Shown: positions 1 through 10,200 of the stretch, one piece after another
Layout: every line of letters starts with the position of its first letter
How positions within the stretch are numbered: position 1 is the first letter of the stretch
Assembly (NCBI GenBank): GCA_002747955.1
Contig: PDQZ01000008.1
Coordinates: 79,425-143,424 of the forward strand
From: Candidatus Campbellbacteria bacterium
Lineage (GTDB): Bacteria; Patescibacteriota; Minisyncoccia; Phycocordibacterales; GCA-2747955
Direction of reading: 5' to 3'
Length of the DNA stretch: 64,000 nt
Program-made: the position numbers and the translations under genes
Notes under the pieces: generated by a model
Databases searched by the model: none
Told to the model about the DNA's origin: nothing
What the model saw: the letters and a program-made list of their open reading frames with translations, nothing else

Positions 1-255
1 TGTTTTTTAAGTAAAATGAACTTCCAATGAAGACGCAAGAAATTAAAAAGTGAGAAAGTTTTCTTAAAAACTCTTTTTTATTTTGAAAATATTTTGTTTT
101 TTTCAACACTTCACTTGGAAGAAGTGAAAAGAAAATCAAAAAACAAAAAATAAAAACAGGTAATAAAAAATTAATAAAATTCATGAATTAATTTTAACAT
201 AAAATAAGTAAAAAACATCTTGCTTATTTATTTTCGTATTGTAAAATAAGATTAT

Positions 256-810
256 ATGCAGAATAAAAGTCAAAAAAACATTTATATTTTAATTATAATT
301 TCTGTAATTATGATTTTAAGTTTAGTGAGTCTATATTTTTACAAAAAAGATAATATTTTTTTTAACAAAAATCAAAAAAATATTCAAGAAAAAAGAGATG
401 ACACATCAAAAGTTTTGTTTGAGGAACAAGAAATCTTATTGAAAAATATTCAGTTTAGAGAAAATAAAATTTATGTTATTAAAAAAACAATAAATAAACC
501 TGAGAATATGTATTTATTTGAGTTGTATTTTCAGGCAAAAGATGGACAAAAAGAAATTTTTTATACTTTTAAAACAGAAGAAACAGATTCTTTGTTTCAA
601 GATTTGAAAGTCTATAACGATAAATATATAATTGTTTTAATCAAAAACTTTAATTCAGAAGGGTATTCTAACGACTTTTTGATTTTTGGAGAAGATAAAA
701 AGAGAAAAGAAGGTTTGGAGAATATTATATATAAAGATTTTTCAAAAAATTCTCAAATTATAGATAAAGTTGACACTATAATAAAAAAGATGGAAAAACT
801 TGATAAATAA
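256..810 (+). CDS. hypothetical membrane-anchored protein
   Basis: 184-aa ORF; N-terminal hydrophobic helix (IYILIIISVIMILSLVSLYFY); Lys/Asn-rich; no recognisable motif. Confidence 0.35.
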   Translation: MQNKSQKNIYILIIISVIMILSLVSLYFYKKDNIFFNKNQKNIQEKRDDTSKVLFEEQEILLKNIQFRENKIYVIKKTINKPENMYLFELYFQAKDGQKEIFYTFKTEETDSLFQDLKVYNDKYIIVLIKNFNSEGYSNDFLIFGEDKKRKEGLENIIYKDFSKNSQIIDKVDTIIKKMEKLDK

Positions 811-859
811 AAAGTCCAATCATTTTCAGGAGATTAAATATATGTTTTTTATTTAGATT

Positions 860-894
860 AAGCCCGAAAACAACGAAGTTGTTTTCGGGCTTTT
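860..894. terminator. rho-independent terminator hairpin using the AGCCCGAAAA arm shared by the dispersed hairpin family
   Basis: aagcccgaaaacaac-gaa-gttgttttcgggctttt directly after the 256..810 ORF. Confidence 0.6.
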
Positions 895-932
895 GTTTTA
901 TTTAAAAAATTGATATGTTATAATACTAATGT

Positions 933-1541
933 ATGACAGAATTAAAGAAAGATAAATCATTGGTTTTAATTAAACCAGATGGAGTTCAAAGAGGGCTTGT
1001 GGGAGATATTATCAACAGATTTGAAAAAAAAGGATTGAAAATTGTTGGAATGAAAATGATCGTACCAACAGTTGAACAATGTGAAGCACATTACAACAAA
1101 GACGATGAATGGTTTCAAAGAAAAGGAGAAGGAATTGTTGAAGACTTAGAAAAAGACGGAAAACCAGTTGAAAAAGAAGCAGTTGAATACGGAAAAGACA
1201 TCATCAGAACAATTGTAAAATACATGACAGGTGGACCTGTAGTAGCAATGGTTCTTGAAGGGCACAAAGCACCAGAGGTTGTAACATCACTTGTGGGAAC
1301 AACAGAACCAGTTACAGCTGATATGGGAACAATCAGAGGAGACTTTACAATCGACTCATTCTACATGGCAACAGTTGACAACAGAGCTGTAAGAAATATT
1401 GTTCACTGTTCAGAAGATGATCAAGAAGCTGCAAGAGAAACAAAAATTTGGTTTGCCGAAAACGAACTTATGGACTACACAAATGTTCACGAAAGAATTT
1501 TGTACGATGTAAGTGCAGACGGACACTGGAAACAAGCTTAA
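933..1541 (+). CDS. ndk: nucleoside diphosphate kinase (long form with insertions)
   Basis: LVLIKPDGVQRGLVGDIINRFEKKGLKIVGMKM and catalytic NIVHCSED motif; 202 aa versus about 140 typical; TGTTATAAT at 915-923, 9 nt before the ATG. Confidence 0.85.
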   Translation: MTELKKDKSLVLIKPDGVQRGLVGDIINRFEKKGLKIVGMKMIVPTVEQCEAHYNKDDEWFQRKGEGIVEDLEKDGKPVEKEAVEYGKDIIRTIVKYMTGGPVVAMVLEGHKAPEVVTSLVGTTEPVTADMGTIRGDFTIDSFYMATVDNRAVRNIVHCSEDDQEAARETKIWFAENELMDYTNVHERILYDVSADGHWKQA

Positions 1542-1562
1542 AAAGTAAAATGAAATATAAAG

Positions 1563-1600
1563 AAAAAACCAAATAACGCTGCGCGTTATTTGGTTTTTTT
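1563..1600. terminator. intrinsic terminator after ndk
   Basis: aaccaaataacgc-tgc-gcgttatttggtt followed by a T-run. Confidence 0.6.
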
Positions 1601-1619
1601 AAAAATAATTTGAAAACTT

Positions 1620-2075
1620 TTAGTCAAAAAGTTTTTGAACTACATTTTTCACATCAGCACCATCGGCTTTTCCACCAGTTTTTTTCATTACCGCTCCGAT
1701 TAAAATTCCCATTTTTGACTTATCATCAACTCCTAATTCTGCTTTTGTTTCCTGAGCGATTTTTTCAATCTCTTCTTGTGACATTGCTTCTGGTAAATAC
1801 TTTTGAATAATTTCAAGTTCTTGAGTTTCACTTTCTACCAAGTCATCACGTCCTGCTTGACCAAATTTTTCAATACTGTCTTTTCTTTGTTTTTGAAGCC
1901 TTTTTATAACAGAAAGCATTTGCTCATCTTCTAACTCATCTCTTGGAGTTTTTCCAATAGCCACAAGCTCGTTTGTAAATGCAGCCAAAATACTTTTTAA
2001 AGTATTTTTTTTCAACTCATTTTTTTCTTTGAAAGCAGTTTTCAAATCCTCTTTAATTTGTTCTTTTAAATTCAT
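1620..2075 (-). CDS. GatB/YqeY domain protein
   Basis: MNLKEQIKEDLKTAFKEKNELKKNTLKSILAAF...GADVKNVVQKLF is typical YqeY; start chosen at the internal Met (ATG 2073-2075), 1 nt after the recR stop; the longer ORF to 2159 overlaps recR. Confidence 0.7.
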   Translation of the reverse strand: MNLKEQIKEDLKTAFKEKNELKKNTLKSILAAFTNELVAIGKTPRDELEDEQMLSVIKRLQKQRKDSIEKFGQAGRDDLVESETQELEIIQKYLPEAMSQEEIEKIAQETKAELGVDDKSKMGILIGAVMKKTGGKADGADVKNVVQKLFD

Positions 2076-2076
2076 T

Positions 2077-2685
2077 TTAATGTATGTTTTTAAATGCTTC
2101 AAGAAGAGTGATCTTGTCCGAATACTGAATTTCAGAACCCAGTGACAAACCTCTTCCAAGCTGGTTTATTTTAAAATTATATTTTTCAGAATATGGTTTT
2201 AAAATATTGATAATATATTCTTTTGTTTTTTCTCCTTCCGGGTTAACAGACAAAGCAAAAGTTATTTCAGACAAAACTTCAAGTCTTGATTTTTGAAGTA
2301 AATTATTTAAATTAAATAAATTTTCTTTTTCCTGTTCATTTATTTTTAAATTTCTTCCCAAAACGAAATAAATTCCGTCCCAAACTCCAAAATTTTCAAT
2401 ATTTTCAACATCAACATTTTTTTCAACCACTAAAACTTTTGAATAGTCTCTTTTTTCATTAGAACAGATTTTACACAATTTTTCGTTTAAGTTTTTGTTT
2501 TCAAAAAAAATATTGCATATCTGACACTGAGAAATGTTGTTTTTTAGATTTAAAATCAAATCTGACATTTCTTTTAAGTAATTTTGATTTTGGTAAAGTA
2601 AAAAATTAACCATTCTTTTGGCTTGTGTTGGGCCAACAGAAGGGAAGTTTTTGAACAAAAGTTCAAGTTTTTCTTTTTTATTCAT
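2077..2685 (-). CDS. recR: recombination protein RecR
   Basis: HhH segment PSVGPTQAKRMVNFLL, C4 zinc finger CQICNIFFENKNLNEKLCKICSNEKR, Toprim-like C-terminus. Confidence 0.85.
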   Translation of the reverse strand: MNKKEKLELLFKNFPSVGPTQAKRMVNFLLYQNQNYLKEMSDLILNLKNNISQCQICNIFFENKNLNEKLCKICSNEKRDYSKVLVVEKNVDVENIENFGVWDGIYFVLGRNLKINEQEKENLFNLNNLLQKSRLEVLSEITFALSVNPEGEKTKEYIINILKPYSEKYNFKINQLGRGLSLGSEIQYSDKITLLEAFKNIH

Positions 2686-2820
2686 TTTATTTTTATCTGA
2701 AAAGATAAATTAAAGGAAGCGCTACCATTGAAACTGATACTAAAATTCCCATAATTATCCATACTGCTTTGATAAATCCTTTTGATTTTTTTCCGTACAT
2801 AATATATTATAATAACATAT

Positions 2821-3123
2821 ATGAAACTAAAAAAAAAGAAGCTATTTATTTTATTCAAAAATTATATTTTTTTGTTTTTAACAATTTTGATTTTAGGTTT
2901 TGTGGCTTATAAATATTTCATATTTAAAAGCGGAACTTTTTACAATTTGACCCAAGAAAAATCAGAAATTGAAACCAAGAAAAAAATGATCGAAGAAGAA
3001 ATACAAATGGTTAAAGAAAAAAAAGAATACTTAAAAACAGAAGATGGAAAAGAAAGAGTCAAAAGGGAAGTAAATCTATACAAAAAACCAGGCGAAAAAG
3101 TTATCAATATTGTTGATTTTTAA
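2821..3123 (+). CDS. septum formation initiator (FtsB/DivIC-like) small membrane protein
   Basis: 100 aa; single N-terminal TM, coiled coil, C-terminal ...EREVNLYKKPGEKVINIV resembling the DivIC/FtsB signature. Confidence 0.4.
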   Translation: MKLKKKKLFILFKNYIFLFLTILILGFVAYKYFIFKSGTFYNLTQEKSEIETKKKMIEEEIQMVKEKKEYLKTEDGKERVKREVNLYKKPGEKVINIVDF

Positions 3124-3195
3124 TTGGTTGATATAAACTATATTTTATTGTATAATATAAAAAATAATTTTACTTAACAAAAAAGGAGAAAATAA

Positions 3196-4047
3196 GTGAA
3201 ACAATACTTAGAAGCTTTAAATCACGTTTTTCAAAACGGAGATGAGCGCGAAGGCAGAAATGGTGTAACCAAATTCTGCACTTGTGTTCAAATGCGATTT
3301 AATCTTAAAGAAGGTTTCCCAGCAGTTACAACCAAGAAACTGCCTTTCAAATCAGTTCTTTCAGAACTTTTGTGGTTCTTGGAAGGAACGGGTGACGAAA
3401 GACGGCTTTGTGAGATACTGCACGGTATTCGCGATGAAAGTAAAAAAACAATATGGACAGCAAACGCGCTTGCTCCATATTGGGAAAAAAGGGGTTTGAA
3501 AAAACATAAGTACGACCTTGGTCGTGTTTATGGAGTTCAATGGAGACATTGGAAAAAATCAGACGGATCAGAGCTTGACCAAATTTCTGATTTAGTTGAA
3601 AAAATTAGAACAGATCCTTTCAACAGACGTTTGATTGTCACTGCCTGGAACCCAGCTGAACTTGATCAAATGGCACTCCCGCCCTGTCACAGAGACTTTC
3701 AAGTTTTTGTTGATTCAAAAGGTGGAATGTCGTTACACATGAATCAACGTTCATGCGATATGTTTTTAGGTGTTCCTTTTAACATTGCTTCGTATGCGTT
3801 ACTTTTACACATGATAGCAAGTGTTACTGGGTATGAAGCAAAAGAGTTGATTTTAACACTCAATGATGCGCATATTTATAAAGCGCATTATGAAGTTGTT
3901 CAAAAACAACTCCAAAGAACGCCACACAAACTTCCAAAGTTATGGATCAACCCAAACATCAATAGCATCGATAGTTTTTCAATGGGGGATTTCAAACTTT
4001 TGAACTATGAAAATGACCAGAGCTTAAAAGCTCCGATGGTTGTTTAA
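3196..4047 (+). CDS. thyA: thymidylate synthase
   Basis: GTG start 8 nt after AGGAG; motifs SELLWFLEGTGDERRL and ALPPCHRDFQVFV. Confidence 0.9.
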   Translation: MKQYLEALNHVFQNGDEREGRNGVTKFCTCVQMRFNLKEGFPAVTTKKLPFKSVLSELLWFLEGTGDERRLCEILHGIRDESKKTIWTANALAPYWEKRGLKKHKYDLGRVYGVQWRHWKKSDGSELDQISDLVEKIRTDPFNRRLIVTAWNPAELDQMALPPCHRDFQVFVDSKGGMSLHMNQRSCDMFLGVPFNIASYALLLHMIASVTGYEAKELILTLNDAHIYKAHYEVVQKQLQRTPHKLPKLWINPNINSIDSFSMGDFKLLNYENDQSLKAPMVV

Positions 4048-4072
4048 TTTCTTCTTTTTTAAAAAAGAAGAA

Positions 4073-4097
4073 AGCCCGCCGACTTCGTCGGCGGGCT
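4073..4097. terminator. GC-rich terminator hairpin 1 after thyA
   Basis: agcccgccgacttcgtcggcgggct plus T-run. Confidence 0.7.
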
Positions 4098-4116
4098 ATT
4101 TTATATAAAAAAGAAA

Positions 4117-4142
4117 AGCCCGCCAGTTTCACTGGCGGGCTT
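4117..4142. terminator. GC-rich terminator hairpin 2 (tandem) after thyA
   Basis: aagcccgccagtttcactggcgggctt plus T-run. Confidence 0.7.
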
Positions 4143-4172
4143 ATTTTATTTTGTTTTTTTATTTTTCAAATA

Positions 4173-4181
4173 TGATATAAT
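4173..4181 (+). promoter_or_regulatory. extended -10 promoter (TGATATAAT) giving a near-leaderless tyrS transcript
   Basis: TGATATAAT ends 6 nt before ATG 4188; no SD. Confidence 0.5.
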
Positions 4182-4187
4182 TTTTTT

Positions 4188-5378
4188 ATGACACAAATTA
4201 AAACAGACAAAGAAACTATTCAGAGGATTGCTTTCAGAGGAGTTGAAAAAAACTTTCCTTCAGATGACTTTTTAATTAAAAAACTCTCTTCTGGAGAAAA
4301 GTTAAGAATTTATATGGGGATTGACCCAACAGGACCCACTTTACACATGGGACACATGGTAACTATTAAAAAACTTTCCCAGTTCCAAAAAGCAGGACAC
4401 GAAGTAATATTATTGATTGGAAACTTCACAGCCACAATTGGAGATCCTGACAAAAAAGATGTAAGAAAACAGTTAACAGCAGAAGAAGTGATGGAAAACG
4501 CAAAACTTTATCAAAAACAAGCTTCACTTTATTTAGATTTTGAAGGAGAAAATCCTGCTTTTTTAAAATACAACAAAGACTGGTTGGGAGAAATGAAGTT
4601 TGAAGATGTTTTAAATTTGGCTTCAAAAATGACAGTCCAACAAATGTTACAAAGAGATATGTTCAAAAGAAGGCTTGATGAAGAAAAGCCAATTTACATT
4701 CACGAGTTTATGTATCCTTTAATGCAAGGTTATGATTCAGTGGCAATGGATGTTGACGGGGAAGTTGGAGGAAATGACCAGACTTTCAATATGTTGGCTG
4801 GAAGAACCATGCTAAAAGAAATAAAAGACAAAGAAAAATTCGTTGTCCCAATGAAGCTACTTGTTGATCCAAACGGAAATAAAATGGGAAAAACAACAGG
4901 GAATATGTTATCACTCTTAGACAGTCCTTTTGAAATGTTTTCAAAAATAATGTCTTGGACGGATGGAATGATTATGTCAGGTTTCGAACTTTTGACAGAT
5001 CAAAACTTAGAAGAAATCCAAAAAAGATTAGACGAAGGAGAAAATCCAAAAAATTTAAAAACCGAACTTGGAAAAAATATTGTAACTTTTTGTTTCTCAA
5101 AAGAAAAAGCAGATGAGGCCGAAAAAAACTGGACTTTACAATTTTCAAAAAAAGAAATTCCAGATAACTTAGAAGAAGTAGAAGTTCAAAAAGAAACAGG
5201 GATTTTAGATATTTTAGTTAATTTAGAAATGGTAAATTCTAAAAAAGAAGCCCGAAGAAAAATCGATGAGGGAGCAGTTTACATCAACGAACAAAAAGTT
5301 GACTCTTGGGACTTTACTCCACAAGAAGACTCCATTCTAAAACTTGGCAAAAAAATGAAAAAAATTATTTTGAAGTAA
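4188..5378 (+). CDS. tyrS: tyrosyl-tRNA synthetase
   Basis: class I HIGH (HMGHM), KMGKT (KMSKS variant), C-terminal S4-like domain EARRKIDEGAVYINEQKV. Confidence 0.85.
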   Translation: MTQIKTDKETIQRIAFRGVEKNFPSDDFLIKKLSSGEKLRIYMGIDPTGPTLHMGHMVTIKKLSQFQKAGHEVILLIGNFTATIGDPDKKDVRKQLTAEEVMENAKLYQKQASLYLDFEGENPAFLKYNKDWLGEMKFEDVLNLASKMTVQQMLQRDMFKRRLDEEKPIYIHEFMYPLMQGYDSVAMDVDGEVGGNDQTFNMLAGRTMLKEIKDKEKFVVPMKLLVDPNGNKMGKTTGNMLSLLDSPFEMFSKIMSWTDGMIMSGFELLTDQNLEEIQKRLDEGENPKNLKTELGKNIVTFCFSKEKADEAEKNWTLQFSKKEIPDNLEEVEVQKETGILDILVNLEMVNSKKEARRKIDEGAVYINEQKVDSWDFTPQEDSILKLGKKMKKIILK

Positions 5379-5464
5379 AAGACATTTTTTTTGCCAGTTA
5401 AAACAGGTTCATATTTTCATCTTTTTTAATAAATATGGTATAATGTTCATTATAATTTTAAAGC

Positions 5465-6148
5465 ATGTTTAACTTTAACAAAAAAGAAAAAAAAGAAAGT
5501 CAAAATAATAAAGACAGTCAAAAGTCAACTGATCACATTTTGAGCTTATCAAAAACAATAGAAGCTATTTTATTTTATAAAGCAGAAGAGGTTTCTGTTT
5601 CTTTTTTGGTAAAATTTCTAGGAGTTAAAAAAGAGGAAATTTTAAAAGCGATCGAAAGACTGCAAGAAAACTTAAAATCAAGCCCAATTGGAATTGTTTT
5701 GAATAACAACAAAGCTTTACTTGTAGTTAAAAAAGAATATTCAAACATTATCTCAGAATTAAAAGGAGAAGAAAAATCAGGTGAACTTTCAAACTCAGCC
5801 TTGGAAACTCTAGCTATTGTTTTATACAAAGGACCAATTTCAAAATCAGAAATCGACGAGATTCGTGGAGTAAACTCTTCGTACATTTTAAGAAATCTTT
5901 TGGTTCGAGGACTTGTTGAAAGAAAAATCCAAAACGCAAAAACAGTTTACACTCAAACAATTGACTTGATGAGATTTTTAGGAATTCAAGACAAAAGCGA
6001 ACTGCCAGGTTTTGAAAAGGTAAAAGAAACTCTAAACAAAATCGAAAACACAGATGTTAACGATGTTTTTAATACCAACAATTCAGAAACTTATGAAAAT
6101 GAAGTTGGAAAGAGTGAAAGTGAAAGTGAGGAAAATTTTAACAAATAA
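5465..6148 (+). CDS. scpB: segregation and condensation protein B
   Basis: IEAILFYKAEEVSVSFLVKFLGV...ALETLAIVLYKGPISKSEIDEIRGVNSSYILRNLLVRGLV, tandem winged-helix pattern of ScpB. Confidence 0.7.
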   Translation: MFNFNKKEKKESQNNKDSQKSTDHILSLSKTIEAILFYKAEEVSVSFLVKFLGVKKEEILKAIERLQENLKSSPIGIVLNNNKALLVVKKEYSNIISELKGEEKSGELSNSALETLAIVLYKGPISKSEIDEIRGVNSSYILRNLLVRGLVERKIQNAKTVYTQTIDLMRFLGIQDKSELPGFEKVKETLNKIENTDVNDVFNTNNSETYENEVGKSESESEENFNK

Positions 6149-6162
6149 TTTATAAAAAATTT

Positions 6163-7242
6163 ATGGAAAATTTTATGGACAAAGCAAAAGATTTTTATGA
6201 TGACTACAAAGGAATAATATTTTCTATTTTTTTTGTAATGTTAGGGGCATTTTTAATGTTTTTGTTTTTCAGTTACAAACAAGCTCAAAAAGAACAAGAG
6301 CTTTTGGAAAAACAAAAAGCACAAGCCTTGATTAAACAAAAAATAGAGCAAAAAATAAACTTCAATAAAAATTTACAAAAACAAATCCAAGAAAGCCTAA
6401 ACATTACAGCCGACTCTTACTTAGTAGTTGACTTTGAAACAGAAAAAGAATATTTTTATAAAAACAAAAACAAAAAGCAACCCATTGCTTCTTTAACAAA
6501 AATCGCAACTTCAGTTGTGGCATTAGAAAATTTTCTGCCTGACACTGAAATTCAAATTTCAAAAGAACATTTAAAACAAACAGAAAACAACGGTCTTATT
6601 GCAGGAGAAATTTTTCCCATCAAAAAACTTTTAGCTTTTATGATGATGGTTTCTTCAAACGACGCAGCTTATGCTGTTTCAACATCATACGAAAATAAAA
6701 GAGAAGGTTTTTTAAAAATGATGAATTTGCTTGCAAACAGAATCGGAATGAAATCAACTTTATTTTTCTCAGAATCAGGACTTGATTTAAAAAGAAGCAA
6801 TATTGCAGGTTCGTACTCAACTGTTAAAGACATTTCTCTTTTAGTTAAATATTTTTATCAAAATTTCCCAGAGTTTTCAAAAGAGTTTTCAGTTTCAAAC
6901 GGAAGGTTTTGTTCTAAAAACTTATGTCACAAAACTTACAACACAAACTCACTTTTTGGCACAACAGAGGTTAAAACAATTTTGACTCAAAAACCTCCAT
7001 ATGTAGGCCCAGAAAAAGAACCTGAAATTCAAATTGAAAAAAAACCAAATTTTGATTTTCCAATCTTGTTTTCAAAAACAGGTTACACAAACTTGGCTAA
7101 ACAGTCACTTGCAATTATAACCGAAGTTAAAGACAGGAAAATTATAATTGTAGTTTTAGGAGCAAAAAAAGGACACAGAGCAAACGATGTCAAAATTTTA
7201 ACAAAAGCAGTTGAAAAGTACTTAAAAGAAGAAAAAAAGTAA
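6163..7242 (+). CDS. D-alanyl-D-alanine carboxypeptidase (peptidase S11 / PBP5-like)
   Basis: SxxK (ASLTKI), SxN (VSSNDAA) and KTG (SKTGYT) motifs in order; N-terminal TM. Confidence 0.75.
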   Translation: MENFMDKAKDFYDDYKGIIFSIFFVMLGAFLMFLFFSYKQAQKEQELLEKQKAQALIKQKIEQKINFNKNLQKQIQESLNITADSYLVVDFETEKEYFYKNKNKKQPIASLTKIATSVVALENFLPDTEIQISKEHLKQTENNGLIAGEIFPIKKLLAFMMMVSSNDAAYAVSTSYENKREGFLKMMNLLANRIGMKSTLFFSESGLDLKRSNIAGSYSTVKDISLLVKYFYQNFPEFSKEFSVSNGRFCSKNLCHKTYNTNSLFGTTEVKTILTQKPPYVGPEKEPEIQIEKKPNFDFPILFSKTGYTNLAKQSLAIITEVKDRKIIIVVLGAKKGHRANDVKILTKAVEKYLKEEKK

Positions 7243-7264
7243 TTTATTGTTTTTGTTCTAAAAT

Positions 7265-7273
7265 ATGATATAA
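7265..7273 (+). promoter_or_regulatory. extended -10 promoter (TGATATAAT) for the hydrolase operon, leaderless
   Basis: TATAAT ends 7 nt before ATG 7281. Confidence 0.5.
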
Positions 7274-7280
7274 TTTTTTT

Positions 7281-10200
7281 ATGGATATGGGTCAGAAAAA
7301 ATTCAGAGAAATTTTTTTTAAAAACACTTTTACAAAAAAAGCAGTTGTTTTGACAGCTCTTTTTTTATTTATTTTTTTTGTTAGCACAGGGGTTTTTAGT
7401 AAAGATTTACAAAATCAAAAAGAACAAATAGAAAATATAAAACAAACAAAAAAAATGCAGGTTTTGCCTTCGGCAAAACTTGCCCAACAAGATTTAGAAA
7501 CTCCTTTAGAAAACCAAGAACCAGAAAACTCAACAGAAAAATCAGAAGAACAAAATTCAGAAAATCCAGTTGAGGAAAAACAAGAGGAAAACACACAAAA
7601 CAATCCAGCAACAAAAACACAAGTAGAACAGGAGGCACAAGAGGTAACAAATGAGCAAGAAATTGAAATAACCGTTCAAGAACCTTTAGAACTGAAAGCT
7701 GAAAAAATAGAAGAAAAAGTAGATAAAGAAGAAAAACAAGAAGAGAAAAAAGAAGAAGCAAAAAACCCAACAAAAAATCTTCTTGAAACTTACACCGGTT
7801 TTGGAAAAACCCTAAACATCACAATCCATTCTAAAGTTGGTCAAAACCTAAACTGGAACCAAGCATCTTCATGGGAAGAAGACCGTGTTCCCGAAGATCG
7901 TGATGTAGTATATATTTCCGAAAACTCAAATATTTTTATACCATTAAACACAATAATTAAATCAACAATAATAAACAGAGGAGAAATAGAGTTTGAAGAA
8001 ATACCAATATCTAGCATAGAAGACGAACAAATAAGAATTCTAACAAATTTACAGTGTCAAGATGGTTTTTGTCATTACAAGGCTAAAACAGAAACCAGCA
8101 TTAAAGATGTGTACAATGAAGGTAAAAGTACAGGATACGTAAAATTATATGGTAACGCTTACAACAGTGGTAACTGGAGTGCCTTTTCTGTAATTTATGA
8201 AAATTCAAACAAGACAGACAAAATTATTTTCAACAATAATTTTTTTAATACGGTGAACACAGAAAACTATATTGCTTTTAATAAAAATCAAAAATTTAAC
8301 TTTGATATTTATGGTGCTAAAATAACTCTAAAAAAAGACACTATATTTGAAGGTGCTGTAATAGATACGAGCTTTGGAAACAAAGAAGGAAAAAACAATT
8401 TGAATATTATTTTACAGAAAGGATTTTCTACTCTTACAATAAAAAGTGATGAGACAGTTTCAAACAACTTAATTTTATCTGGCACAAATCAAAATTATAT
8501 ATTCAATAGAATGGATGGTTTTGAAAAGATTACTGTTGAGAAAACAAATATGTTTTCTAAAGTTATGTTTGAAAACATATACTCAAATTTAATAAATCAT
8601 GGGAAAACCTCCCTTAACTTAATGAGTCGTGCATATTTTAGCGGAGATGTCATAAACACGGGTGAGATAAAAATAAACGGAGAAATATTTTTTAAATTAA
8701 AAAATAACAAAAAATTTAAATATTTGATATCGCACAATGAAACTTTAAACCAAGAGGAAAAAGATGAATTAGAACAAAAACAAGAAGTAATACAAACTTC
8801 AAATCTAATTCCTTATTTAGAGAACAAAGATCATTATAATTATATCCATACTTTACAAGAAAACAATTACAAGAGTTTTAAGCTTTTTTCATACAGTGAA
8901 AGTGATGACGAAGGTGAAAACGAAGAGGAAGTCGAAAACGAAGAGGAAACCGAAAACAACCAAGGCAAAGAAGAAAACAATGAAGAAGAACCAGTAGATG
9001 AGCAAGTTGAAAAACCTAAAAAACAAAAAAAGAAAAAAGGTTACAGAAGAAGAGTTGTCAATAATAATGTTAAGAAAAACCAGGAAGAACAAAACATTCA
9101 AGATAGAATCAAAGAGCTTGAAGAAAAAGTTAAAGAATTAAAAGAAAAATTAAAAGAGAAATTGGAAGACGAAGCAGTCAGAGCTGATGAGGGTAAAGGT
9201 GACGAAGAATTTGAGGAAGAAGAAATAGAAGATGAAATAAATTTAATTTCAAAATGTTTAGGTTTGAAATCAAAAGAAAGAGTTCTTTCTAAATGGAACG
9301 ATGACTCAAAGTCAACAAGACAAATTCAAAAATACTTAAACAAAAAAGGTTACAACGCAGGAACTCCTGACGGTATATTTGGAAACAAAACAAAAAATGC
9401 TTTAAAAGATTTTCAAAAAGATAACAGACTAACACCAGACGGAAAGTTTGGAAAACAAACAGTAAGATATATTGATAAACATTGTTACGATGATGTGATA
9501 GAAAACAAAAATGAAATAGAAAAGGAACCCGAAGAAGAGATCGAACAAGCAGAAGAAAAAGAAGAAACGCAAACTTCAAATGAAACAAAAAACGAAAATA
9601 CAGAAAATCCAGTTGAAATAACAGAAAATTCAGAAACCGAAACTCAAACTGAAAATTTAACACAAGAAGAAAGAATAGAAAATTTAAAAGAATTTCTTGA
9701 AAAAGCAAATTCAGAAAAAACAATTCCGCAATGTACAGAGGATGGTGTGGTGAATGAAGAAATTGAAGAAGAAAAAGAAAGAAAGCCGATATCTTTAATT
9801 TTTGAAAGACCAGATAAAACAATTTTAGAAATACCATATACTGAGTTATATGATATTGAGAAAAATGAGTTTAAAGATAATTATGCTTTGATAGAGAGTT
9901 TAGGTTTGAAGTGGAGTTCAACTGGTGGAAATTGTAAAGATAGAAACAATGGTTCATGTACATCTTTAAATGGTGTTAGAATAAATTCTATTTTAGGGGT
10001 AATAGACTTAAATCAGAAGTGTGGTAATTGTGGTGTTAAAATAACTGGTGGAAATGAGGTTGGACATTCTGGAGAAGGTGTTCCAGGATCAATTAGTCAC
10101 TGGAATGGGTGGAAGTTAGACATTGATATTACAAATCTTGAATTAAAAAAATATGTTGAAAAATTAAAGATTGCACAAAAAAAGTATTATTGTGTAGAAA

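Noticed and set aside
4140-4187. T-box or riboswitch leaders upstream of tyrS, ileS and alaS
   Set aside because: Upstream regions are only 10-60 nt between promoter and start codon, leaving no room for a specifier-hairpin or antiterminator architecture.
7396-7773. Minus-strand ORFs inside the giant hydrolase gene and in the collagen-like and surface-protein genes (for example 7396..7773, 44418..44645, 45227..45625, 48087..48401)
   Set aside because: They are antisense to long, motif-supported genes in low-complexity coding regions, which is typical of spurious reverse-strand ORFs.
9289-9837. Minus-strand ORFs 9289..9837, 11734..12141 and 13458..13691 (Phe/Leu-rich)
   Set aside because: They are mirror images of the three copies of the PG-binding/acidic-linker cassette. 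Their translations are low-complexity and they lie antisense to well-supported genes, so they are ORF-finder artefacts of the repeat.
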